Shown: in pieces, positions 9,466 to 18,039 of the stretch
How the letters are laid out: each line of letters begins with the position of its first letter
How positions within the stretch are numbered: position 1 is the first letter of the stretch
Assembly: GCA_015232535.1 (NCBI GenBank)
Contig: JADFZM010000001.1
Coordinates: 35,263 to 99,262 of the forward strand
DNA from: Candidatus Omnitrophota bacterium
Lineage (GTDB): Bacteria > Omnitrophota > Gorgyraeia > Zapsychrales > Zapsychraceae
DNA length: 64,000 nt
Direction of reading: 5' to 3'
Notes under the pieces: generated by a model
Database searches by the model: none
Told to the model about the DNA's origin: nothing
The model's input: only the letters and a program-made list of their open reading frames with translations
Made by a program: the position numbers and the translations under genes

Positions 9466-10970
9466 AATGAATTCTCCAGGCAAGATTTGATCAATCCGGC
9501 AACCGTATGTTCTTTTGCCGAATGTATCTGCCTTATCCCGATTTTCTTGAGCATCCCGGTTGTGACAGGGCCGATAGAATAAAACGGGGTCTCTTCGGTT
9601 AAGGAGCCGTTTATATTGCTTGGAATATTGGCAAAGAATGTTTTAACTGATTTAGGGCTTAAAAAGAATATTCCGTCGGACTTCTTGGCGAGGGCCTTGG
9701 CTATCCTTGTTTTATCGGGCTGCCCTTCAATGTTATACACTGTGCAATCGGTTAGCTTAGCCCCGGCTCTAATTAAAATTCCTTTTAGATAATCGCGGTC
9801 AAGGCTTGTGCGTAAAAGAGCGATATTTTTATCATTAATACCTTTATTTCTCAGAGCTATGGCTAAATTCCTGGTGGTGAACTTATCCGGCATAAGCGCC
9901 GGGTTTATACCGAATTTTATGAATTCTCCCGCTGTTCCTGACCCGACGCAAGCAATCCTTCCTTTTAGCAGGGTTTTATTTCTGTTTAATGCAAAAAATC
10001 TCTTCAGAAAATAATATACGCCGTGTCGGGAGGTAAAAACAAGCCAGTCAAAGGCCTTAATATCGGCGATTATGTTATCAAGGTATGATGTGTCCTTATT
10101 TGGAACGACTTTTATCATCGGTAGTCGTTCAACCTTAGCGCCTAATGATTCTAACCCGAGGGAAATATCATTGTTTAATGTTTCGCTGGCTGTTGAGATA
10201 AAACTTTTGTTTGAAAGAGGTTTTAAGTTAGGATTCAGGCGGTAAGCAAGCTTAACCGTATCGCCTATAACACAGATAGCCGGAGCTTTTAAATCAGCGG
10301 ATTTATTGGCGATCCGAGCTAAATTAGACATAACAACTTTTTCTTTATCCGTCGTGCCACTTTGAATGACAGCGGACGGAGTTTTAGGGTCTTTACCGAA
10401 GGCGATGAGTTTATCGGTTATTGATTTAAGGTTAGATAATCCCATCATGATTACTAGAGTTCCCGAGAAATTGGCGGCGTGTTTCCAGTTTATGCTTTCT
10501 TTTTCTTTAGACGGGTCTTCGTGGCCGGTTAAAACCATAAAACCGCTTGAAACGCCACGGAAAGTGAGAGGTATCCCGCACACTTCGGGAACAGAATAAA
10601 AAGAGCTTACTCCCGGAATAACTTCGCAATCAATATTGTTTTCTCTTAAAAACAGCATTTCTTCCTGGCCGCGGCCGAAAATAAAAGGATCGCCGCCTTT
10701 AACTCTGGCGACTGTCTTGCCTTTTGAGGCAAAAGATAGGATGGTTTGGTTTATCTTTTCTTGATCTATCGATCGTCCCTTTTCTTTTCCTACAAATTTT
10801 AAGATTGCGGATGGCTTGGCATATTTTAATATGTCTTTGGAAATAAGCCGGTCGAAAAGGATAACGTCTGATTTCTTCAGGCATTCAACGGCTTTGAGGG
10901 TTAAAAGCTTAGGGTCCCCCGGTCCTGAGCCGATCAAATAAACTTTTCCATTTTTTATTTTATTATTCAT
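9462..10970 (-). CDS. cobA: Uroporphyrinogen-III C-methyltransferase / uroporphyrinogen-III synthase fusion (CobA-HemD)
   Basis: GSGPGDPKLLT, KGGDPFIFGRGQEE, IPGVSS, then HemD motifs WLVFTS and SIGPVT. Confidence 0.93.
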   Translation of the reverse strand: MNNKIKNGKVYLIGSGPGDPKLLTLKAVECLKKSDVILFDRLISKDILKYAKPSAILKFVGKEKGRSIDQEKINQTILSFASKGKTVARVKGGDPFIFGRGQEEMLFLRENNIDCEVIPGVSSFYSVPEVCGIPLTFRGVSSGFMVLTGHEDPSKEKESINWKHAANFSGTLVIMMGLSNLKSITDKLIAFGKDPKTPSAVIQSGTTDKEKVVMSNLARIANKSADLKAPAICVIGDTVKLAYRLNPNLKPLSNKSFISTASETLNNDISLGLESLGAKVERLPMIKVVPNKDTSYLDNIIADIKAFDWLVFTSRHGVYYFLKRFFALNRNKTLLKGRIACVGSGTAGEFIKFGINPALMPDKFTTRNLAIALRNKGINDKNIALLRTSLDRDYLKGILIRAGAKLTDCTVYNIEGQPDKTRIAKALAKKSDGIFFLSPKSVKTFFANIPSNINGSLTEETPFYSIGPVTTGMLKKIGIRQIHSAKEHTVAGLIKSCLENSL

Positions 10971-11862
10971 TAATCTTTTTCAACTGTATCTTTAAACTGG
11001 CGATTAAATTGTCTGTAATTCCTGAGGCATTGTCTTTCGCCCCTTTTTCACTTTCCTTTATGAAACATTTTGCTTTTTCGCTGTAATATTTCGCGTTTAT
11101 TGAAAAGTTGCCTTTAATAAATTTGGCATAAACACCGAACGGTGTCCGGCAACCTATTCCTAAAGCTTTCAATACATTTCTCTCTAAAAGAGCGGATTTC
11201 TCCGTTTCAATACAAGAGCTTTTTCTAAGAATACTGTTTAAATCCTTATCGTTATCCCTTGTTTGAGCGCAAATTATGCCTTGCCCGGCCGCAGGGACAA
11301 AGCTTTCGCTGTCGAAATACCGGACGATCAAGTTTTCATATCCTAATCGTTTCAAACCGCAAGCAGCCAATATAAGCCCGTCGTATTTGCCCCCGTTCAT
11401 CTTTCTGATGCGGGTATCGATATTCCCTCTTATGGGCAATACAATCGCTTTGGGCTCGATTTCTTGTATAAAGTACATCCGACGCGGGCTGTCTGTGCCG
11501 AGCTTCAAACCCGCGAGTTGGCCCGATTTTAAACCATCGCGCAGTACCAGGCAATCTCTTCGGTCTTCTCTTTTGGCGAAACAGGACAACTTAGTGCCTT
11601 TTTGAAGTTTCACCGGGACATCTTTTAAACTATGCACGGCGCAATCAATTTCTTTATTTATAAGTGCTCGCTCGATTTCTTTTGTGAAAATGCCTGTTCC
11701 GATAGCCGTAATCTTATTTTTGCGGTCCCGGTCGCCTTGGGTCAGGATAGTTTTTATCCGGTAATCAAGGTTTACATTCTTTCTTTTTAAAAAGGCTATG
11801 AATTCAAAGAGCTGTTTATTCGCTAAAGCGCTTTTCCTTATACCAAAGATTATTCTGCGCAT
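10963..11862 (-). CDS. hemC: Hydroxymethylbilane synthase
   Basis: GIFTKEIE, AVHSLKDVP, IRGNIDTRI, PAAGQG, cofactor Cys in GCRTP. Confidence 0.94.
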   Translation of the reverse strand: MRRIIFGIRKSALANKQLFEFIAFLKRKNVNLDYRIKTILTQGDRDRKNKITAIGTGIFTKEIERALINKEIDCAVHSLKDVPVKLQKGTKLSCFAKREDRRDCLVLRDGLKSGQLAGLKLGTDSPRRMYFIQEIEPKAIVLPIRGNIDTRIRKMNGGKYDGLILAACGLKRLGYENLIVRYFDSESFVPAAGQGIICAQTRDNDKDLNSILRKSSCIETEKSALLERNVLKALGIGCRTPFGVYAKFIKGNFSINAKYYSEKAKCFIKESEKGAKDNASGITDNLIASLKIQLKKINE

Positions 11863-12905
11863 AAAAGTAACGAAGGAAGTACGCCTGTGTTCTTTTTCTG
11901 ATCGAGGTACATTTCCCTTCGGATTATCTCCTCCGCTTTGTTCGCTTCGATCGAGCGGCTATAGAGTGTTCTATCAATTACCGGCGATAAGTCATCGATA
12001 TTGTATAGCTTTACACCGGCAATATTCCTAACCGCTTCCTCAACATTTCGAGGCACGCCAAGATCGACGAAAATAATTCTTTTATGACGGCCGTGCAATA
12101 TCGCGCTCACCATATCTTTGCTGATAATATGAGGAGCGGCAGTGGCGGCGACAACTATATCTGAAAGCGCGATTTCTTTTGCTATCTTTGAGAAATCGGT
12201 AACGCGCACGTTAAGCTTAACTGCGGCGTTTTTGGCTTTTGCTATATCGCGGTTTGTAACAACGATTTCCTTAAGGGGAAGCTCGGATAGTTTCTTTGTT
12301 GTCATAACGCCTATTTTCCCGGCGCCGATTACAAGAATTCTTTTATTCGATAAATCCTGTTCCTTTTTAATAAGGTCGACAACAACTCCGGATATCGAGG
12401 TAACTCCGCGGGATATGCCGGTCAAGCTGCGAACTTTCTTCCCTATGCGCAGGGAATCCTGAATAGTTTTATGCAGTATAGAGCCTATTGCCTTTGATGA
12501 ATCGGCTTTTTCATAGGCCTTTTTGATCTGGCCGAGGATCTGGTTTTCTCCTAAAACCATTGAGTCCAGGCCGCTCGCCACCCGGTTAAGGTGTATGACC
12601 GCCTCTTCGTTGGTTTTATTGTAGAAGTAATGCTCAATATAACTTTGCGGTAATTTATGCGTGCGGCAGATAAAATTTGTCAGCTTAGCGGTAATTTTAG
12701 AAATGCTTTCTCCTACGGCATATATCTCGACCCGGTTACATGTTGAGAGCATCAAAGCCTCTTCTATATCCAAATTGGATGATAGTTCGCGGTAATATTT
12801 ACTCAGCGATTTATCCTCAAAGCTGAATTTTTCGCGTATTTCTAGCGGGGCCTTTTTGTGGTTTGTCCCGATAAGAACAATATTTAAGTTATTGCTGATA
12901 GGCAT
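11850..12905 (-). CDS. hemA: Glutamyl-tRNA reductase (short C-terminus)
   Basis: LSTCNRVEIY, ASGLDSMVLGENQILGQIK, GAGKIG, DLGVPRNVE. Confidence 0.94.
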   Translation of the reverse strand: MPISNNLNIVLIGTNHKKAPLEIREKFSFEDKSLSKYYRELSSNLDIEEALMLSTCNRVEIYAVGESISKITAKLTNFICRTHKLPQSYIEHYFYNKTNEEAVIHLNRVASGLDSMVLGENQILGQIKKAYEKADSSKAIGSILHKTIQDSLRIGKKVRSLTGISRGVTSISGVVVDLIKKEQDLSNKRILVIGAGKIGVMTTKKLSELPLKEIVVTNRDIAKAKNAAVKLNVRVTDFSKIAKEIALSDIVVAATAAPHIISKDMVSAILHGRHKRIIFVDLGVPRNVEEAVRNIAGVKLYNIDDLSPVIDRTLYSRSIEANKAEEIIRREMYLDQKKNTGVLPSLLLCAE

Positions 12906-13677
12906 GATGGCTTACCATAAACAGGCTTACGCCGAAGAAAGTTGTTAACATGGCTAAAAATCCCACAACCGAGATGACCGATAGCCAAAAGTGTTTAAGT
13001 TTAAATGCTTTTTCCAGGATCACAGCCAAAGCGTAAATTATAAGGGTGATTAGCGCCCAGGTCTCTTTTGGGTCCCAGTTCCAATAAGTTCCCCAGGCTG
13101 TATGCGCCCAAATCGAGCCGGTCGCTATGCCGAAGAATAAAAGTATTACTCCGAAAATAATAAGGCCGCTATTCAAAGGCTGAAGGCCTTTTGTGTCTTT
13201 GCCCCTTTTCTCGGCGATTATCGAATAAACGCTTATAGCAAAAGAAATCCCAAAGGCGCTGTAACTTAAAATAATTGCCGGAACGTGTATTCCCAGCCAA
13301 AAACTTTTTAAGAGCGGGTTAAGCGGTTGGATTGTTTTATCCAGCGTTAGGTCGTATATTAAGATAATATCAAACAATAAAAACGCCAATCCCTGTATGA
13401 TCTTCCCGGTATTTTCTTTGATAAAAATGATATAGACAGCGCTTAAAAGCCAGGCGTAAAAATAAGTGATCTCAAAAAGCGAGACCATTGGCAGATGCCC
13501 CTGTTCGCGGTACCTTATAATAAGGTAAAAGAAACCGGCGGTTAAAGCGACTATCAGCCATTGCTTTGAGTAAGTGAAAAAAACGGGCTGCTTTTTGGAA
13601 ACGAAAAGAAGATACAAAACAGTCCCGATCAGATAAAAGAATGCGGATGTATAGAAAAATAATATGTTATATTGCAT
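12889..13677 (-). CDS. ccsA: CcsA/ResC-family heme-handling membrane protein
   Basis: Multi-TM; GHLP, WLGIHV, WWD motif WAHTAWGTYWNWDPKETW, C-terminal His. Confidence 0.85.
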   Translation of the reverse strand: MQYNILFFYTSAFFYLIGTVLYLLFVSKKQPVFFTYSKQWLIVALTAGFFYLIIRYREQGHLPMVSLFEITYFYAWLLSAVYIIFIKENTGKIIQGLAFLLFDIILIYDLTLDKTIQPLNPLLKSFWLGIHVPAIILSYSAFGISFAISVYSIIAEKRGKDTKGLQPLNSGLIIFGVILLFFGIATGSIWAHTAWGTYWNWDPKETWALITLIIYALAVILEKAFKLKHFWLSVISVVGFLAMLTTFFGVSLFMVSHHAYQQ

Positions 13678-14122
13678 TAGCTAGTTTATCCCTAATTGCT
13701 TTTGCTTTTGCCGGGCTTTGGCCGTTTGTAGAAATACCTATGGTCAGCCCTTTTCTTTTTAATATTGCCGGCATTATTATTGAGCCCGGCCCGCTTTTAT
13801 CTACTACATTGACTAAGGTATTCGCTTTATTAGCGTCGGATAATACTTTCTTATTGACTTTAGCGTTATCTGTTGCCGCTACTATCAATTTATATTTCTT
13901 TAATGAAATATTCTTAGGATAAAGGGATTTTATGCATTTTATCTTCCCTTTTGACCTTAAACGTTCAATCGGCGCGATTATTTCCGGGCTGATACAGGTA
14001 ATTTTTGCCCCGAAATTTCTGAAGACCGATATTTTCCTATAAGCTACTTTTCCTCCGCCGACGACCAAACAATTTTCGCCTTTTACCTTGAGGCATACCG
14101 GCATATAGCTGCATAATTTCAT
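13667..14122 (-). CDS. sirC: Precorrin-2 dehydrogenase (SirC / CysG N-terminal domain / Met8-like), short form
   Basis: VVGGGKVAYRK, AATDN..VN, NVVD, MPA, ISTNGQSP. Confidence 0.85.
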   Translation of the reverse strand: MKLCSYMPVCLKVKGENCLVVGGGKVAYRKISVFRNFGAKITCISPEIIAPIERLRSKGKIKCIKSLYPKNISLKKYKLIVAATDNAKVNKKVLSDANKANTLVNVVDKSGPGSIIMPAILKRKGLTIGISTNGQSPAKAKAIRDKLANAI

Positions 14123-14132
14123 GTCAGTTAAT

Positions 14133-15323
14133 TTACCTCTTTTTTAAAATAATATGACAAACATTACATTTCCCGCGGTATTCATGCGGGGAAACAGCTC
14201 CTTTTAATATAGGAGGAGGATTAGGCAAAATATCTCCCGCATCAGTCGGCAGCTGTCCTCCTGTTTTCATAATAATATGACAGGCGGTACAAGGCTTATT
14301 ACGGCTTCTGTGCGGGCTAAGAGCTCCGGGTGTTATCGGTTGAGCGGCCTCGTTTTGTGAAAACCCTAAACTTCTTTTTGATGAAATAGTATATTCGATG
14401 ATTTGCCCTCTGCGGGAAACTATAACCTTAGCCTTAAACCTGTTTTTTACCATTCTGGTTGCTTCAGTAAAAGCAACTAAATCCGGGGTGGCTATCTTTT
14501 CAATTCCAACAACCATATCTCCGGCCAAAACTCCCGATTCAGCCGCCTCGAGAGATATCTCATCGATCAACAACCCCTTTGTATTCGGCGGGATATTGAA
14601 TTCCGTGGCTAACTCAGGCGTAAGGGGAATAAGCTCCATACCGAGCCAATGCCCTTCGATAAGTTCTTTCGATGCCGCCCCTTGCTCTTTAGGAGTAGGC
14701 AGCTGCAAATTAGGGTCAACCGGAGCCGCATTCATTGTGCCGGCTTCGGCTGTTTCTGCCGGAGAATTATTGGCAAAAGCGATTTGATGAGCCGCAGGAT
14801 CGGCATTGTTTTGCTGTTGGGGTTTAGCTTCTAAGGGTACAGAGTTAGAATCCCCGGGAGCGTTTTTACCCGTAACGCCCATATCAAGGTTAAAAACGCG
14901 CTTGATATTGTCATGAATGCCTAATTTGTTTTCCAGGGTTATATAAAGCGGCTGGCCGTTTCTTAATATATCTAAAAGAGCGCCTTGGTCCAAGCTTGTA
15001 TCTTTCGTAACCTTTAGAAAGTCGGATATTTTCTTTGTTTTCTTATTATTGATCGATTTTATAAGGTCTCCGCTGCGTACACCCGAACTGTAAGCCGGAT
15101 CCTCACACCAATTTACAACAACCCCAGCTTCATCTTTCGGTATATAAAATTCCATGGCATTAGCCGGTGTGATATCGCTTACCGACATTCCGGCCCACTC
15201 TGCCTCACCTGCCCCGATGTGCATCAGCGCCGCGAGAAAAATAAGGCCTATCAAGCAAACGGATAATATAAGGAAGAACCTTTGCTTGTTTTTATGTTTA
15301 TATTCGGCTAAGATGTTAGGCAT
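14133..15323 (-). CDS. mamP: Magnetosome redox protein MamP (TM, 2 PDZ, 2 magnetochrome domains)
   Basis: EGHWLGME signature, PDZ domains, PI-x5-PH-x-CxxCH twice (PCTACHII, KCNVCHII). Confidence 0.88.
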   Translation of the reverse strand: MPNILAEYKHKNKQRFFLILSVCLIGLIFLAALMHIGAGEAEWAGMSVSDITPANAMEFYIPKDEAGVVVNWCEDPAYSSGVRSGDLIKSINNKKTKKISDFLKVTKDTSLDQGALLDILRNGQPLYITLENKLGIHDNIKRVFNLDMGVTGKNAPGDSNSVPLEAKPQQQNNADPAAHQIAFANNSPAETAEAGTMNAAPVDPNLQLPTPKEQGAASKELIEGHWLGMELIPLTPELATEFNIPPNTKGLLIDEISLEAAESGVLAGDMVVGIEKIATPDLVAFTEATRMVKNRFKAKVIVSRRGQIIEYTISSKRSLGFSQNEAAQPITPGALSPHRSRNKPCTACHIIMKTGGQLPTDAGDILPNPPPILKGAVSPHEYRGKCNVCHIILKKR

Positions 15324-15335
15324 AATTAATTATTT

Positions 15336-15611
15336 TTAGTCTTTTTTGATGGAGGCTTTTTCTTCTGGTTTTAACTCGATCCGCTCAATTGCCGTATTAC
15401 AATCTTTACAGACCCAAAGTTGTCTTTTAGACCCGGTCATGTATAAGCCCATAATGAGTAAGGGTATCCCCAGAACCGGACCGATGAAAAAAAGCGATGA
15501 AAATACACCGCCAACTATTAATACTCCTCCGAATTTACGGCTGTGGCGCGGCCCGGAATAAGGCTGCATTTCTCCGTTACACAAATTACAAATAAGCGAT
15601 TTATCAGACAT
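15336..15611 (-). CDS. Small protein with CxxC - hydrophobic hairpin - CxxC (LITAF-like layout)
   Basis: CNLC, Gly-rich hydrophobic stretch, WVCKDC; inside the mam operon. Confidence 0.75.
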   Translation of the reverse strand: MSDKSLICNLCNGEMQPYSGPRHSRKFGGVLIVGGVFSSLFFIGPVLGIPLLIMGLYMTGSKRQLWVCKDCNTAIERIELKPEEKASIKKD

Positions 15612-15630
15612 TGATTCCCTTTCTAAGTGG

Positions 15631-15816
15631 CTACTTAATAAGATCGTTAATGGCTTTTTCCTTGCTTTCGTCTATTTCCGTGTCATTTGCGGTATCGCAG
15701 GTGTCTTTTTTATCTTTGGAGCAACAAGATGAATTTGATTTTTTGCATACGCTTGAGGTGATTGCTCCGGCGACTAAACCTAATAAAATAAGGGCTGCGA
15801 ATGATAATGGTTCCAT
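15631..15816 (-). CDS. Small single-TM Cys-rich protein
   Basis: GGAGG RBS, N-terminal TM, 4 Cys including CC; resembles FeoB-associated Cys-rich peptides. Confidence 0.65.
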   Translation of the reverse strand: MEPLSFAALILLGLVAGAITSSVCKKSNSSCCSKDKKDTCDTANDTEIDESKEKAINDLIK

Positions 15817-15878
15817 TTTTCCTCCGTTATTAGTTTGTTTTAAACAATATCAACAATTTTTCAAGAACAAAAAAATTA

Positions 15879-17411
15879 TTATCTGGGTTTCTTACCGATT
15901 CCGACTTTAACCGAGCTTGGTGCTTGCTGTTGCGTTGTATTCCCCATTATCTGATGACAATTTGAGCAGACTCCCCTATATTCGTGCGTCATTGCAGCAT
16001 TAGGCGAAATAGGCGGCGCTGTTACTTGCACTTGTTGAGCTGCCTGAGCTACCGGAGCAAAGCCCTGATTATTGAAGTTTTGCTGGGCATTATATTGATT
16101 CGGGTAATAAGCACCTCCACGGGCCATGATCTGTTTGCAGTTAGGGCAACGGGGAAATTCATTGGCGCCGTTTTGTGAATACATCCTCCAATTGCAATTT
16201 GGACAAAGGAAATAACCGAGCGATTCCTGTCCTTGCCAGAAGTTTGGCTGGTTAACAGTCGGATTCGCTTGCATTTGGTTTTGCATTTGATTCGGCATTT
16301 GATTTGCCGCTAATTCCGGCAATTGCGGCCAACCGTTATTTGCCATATCTTTTGCCATCTGTGATCCGCAATTCGGGCAATTAGGATAACCATTGCCTGT
16401 GTTGGCAGCTTTTAATCTCCAGTTGCAAGAGGGACAAACAAATGGCTGTTCTCCCCACCCAAATGCAACTTGTGTCCCCGGGTTGAGTTTATTCATTGTA
16501 TCAGGATCGGGTAAATTCATCCCTTGTACCATTGCCCCTTGCATCCATCCCTGGCGCGGAAGCGGACAGACCGGACGCATTACATTCATATTCTGCATCC
16601 CCCATCCTGCATTCATCGCATCCGGCATCAATTGTCCGGCGGTAGGATATACTTGCCCGATAGGATTCATATCCTGAATTCCGAACGCTACACCCTGCCC
16701 GGGAATTTGCTGTTGCATTCTCAAGCGGCAATTGGGGCAAATCGGGCATATGTTAGAGTTGTTATTTCCGGCTTGCTGAAACTTACAATTGGGGCAGTAA
16801 AACATACAGCCCCCTCCCTGTCCTTGGCCGGCAAAACCGGCTTGGGCTACGGGCATACTATTCGCTTGCATTTGGCCTGGATTAATGGGTAATGAAGCTT
16901 GGCCGATCCTTGCCTGACGGTAAAGGTTAATTACTTTCTTGGTCGAGCCCGTATACCCGCCGAAAACTCGAATTCCGAATTGCATCAGAATATTATAACT
17001 TTGCGGGTCGATATTTCCGACAATAACCGCTTCCTCTCCTTTTCCCGCCACCAGATAAGCGATTTGCGGGTTAGGAACAGTGCCGTAATAAAGGTTCGGG
17101 ATCGCCTCCTCGAGTTTCTTTGTAAGAGGGTTTATTACTAAGAAGAATTTGGCTTGCTGCAATGAAGGCGCGACATTCGAATTAAAAGTGGAATTATCAG
17201 CGGCAACAACGATTTTTCCGCAAGCCGGATTACCTTGATTTTTAGACTTAATGTCAGGTGAGAATATGGCGTATACGCCAATAAGTAAAACAAGGATAAT
17301 AGAGGCAAAGATAAAATATGTGTTCATATCCATATCCTTTACCCTGGCTTTAAAATCCTCAACGGTTATCGTAGGGATTTTGCTTGTTTTGGCTTTCATA
17401 TTCTTTATCAT
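15879..17411 (-). CDS. Membrane-anchored multidomain magnetochrome protein (NifX/NifB-like domain, 3 double-CPxC modules, 1 magnetochrome); MamE-Cter-like
   Basis: TM; VVAAD..FFLVIN..AVIVGNI.P..ILMQFGIRVF; three CPxC..CPNC modules; PPISPNAAMTHEYRGVCSNCHQI. Confidence 0.8.
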   Translation of the reverse strand: MIKNMKAKTSKIPTITVEDFKARVKDMDMNTYFIFASIILVLLIGVYAIFSPDIKSKNQGNPACGKIVVAADNSTFNSNVAPSLQQAKFFLVINPLTKKLEEAIPNLYYGTVPNPQIAYLVAGKGEEAVIVGNIDPQSYNILMQFGIRVFGGYTGSTKKVINLYRQARIGQASLPINPGQMQANSMPVAQAGFAGQGQGGGCMFYCPNCKFQQAGNNNSNICPICPNCRLRMQQQIPGQGVAFGIQDMNPIGQVYPTAGQLMPDAMNAGWGMQNMNVMRPVCPLPRQGWMQGAMVQGMNLPDPDTMNKLNPGTQVAFGWGEQPFVCPSCNWRLKAANTGNGYPNCPNCGSQMAKDMANNGWPQLPELAANQMPNQMQNQMQANPTVNQPNFWQGQESLGYFLCPNCNWRMYSQNGANEFPRCPNCKQIMARGGAYYPNQYNAQQNFNNQGFAPVAQAAQQVQVTAPPISPNAAMTHEYRGVCSNCHQIMGNTTQQQAPSSVKVGIGKKPR

Positions 17412-17448
17412 GTCCTATCCTTCAGTTAATATTGTTGAATTTGTTTAA

Positions 17449-18036
17449 TCATTTTAACATCGGCGAATAAGGTATAGCCGGACCGAAGACCGGAGAACCG
17501 AGCTGCCAGCTACCTTTATTTGTGCCCATTAAAGGCCCGTATTGATAATCGAAGGGAATTGTTATGAATATCTTCTTCCCATCGCGATATACATCCAGGA
17601 AAATACCTCCGGAGTATTTCACATTATTAGCCAGGTCGGCAAAATCCTGGGCGGATTTTATAGGTTTTTGTCCGATGGAAACTATCACATCCCCTGATTT
17701 AATCCCGTACTTTTGAGCAGGGCCAAGGCCTTCGTCCAGTACAAGCACCCCTTTTATCTTTTTTGGAATTTTGAATTCTTTCCTTAAACTGCGGGAAAGA
17801 TATATCACATTCATACCGATCCAGTTCATACTATCGCCTGGTTCGATCAGAGTATTTTTAACGGCAGTTGTCGGTTCGGTTCGTTCAGGCGCTTCGGGAA
17901 TAATTTCTAAAGATGATAATATCCAGCAGAAGGCTATAATAGAGAAGATAACAATACCGACAAACATTACCGGTTCCTTTTTCGCGAATTCCTTAACCTT
18001 GATTTTAAAATTATTGAATTCTTTATTTTTTTTCAT
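17449..18036 (-). CDS. Single-TM PDZ protein (MamE C-terminal-like)
   Basis: TM, then WIGMNV..GVLV..AQKYGIKSGDVIVSI PDZ domain. Confidence 0.8.
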   Translation of the reverse strand: MKKNKEFNNFKIKVKEFAKKEPVMFVGIVIFSIIAFCWILSSLEIIPEAPERTEPTTAVKNTLIEPGDSMNWIGMNVIYLSRSLRKEFKIPKKIKGVLVLDEGLGPAQKYGIKSGDVIVSIGQKPIKSAQDFADLANNVKYSGGIFLDVYRDGKKIFITIPFDYQYGPLMGTNKGSWQLGSPVFGPAIPYSPMLK

Positions 18037-18039
18037 AGT

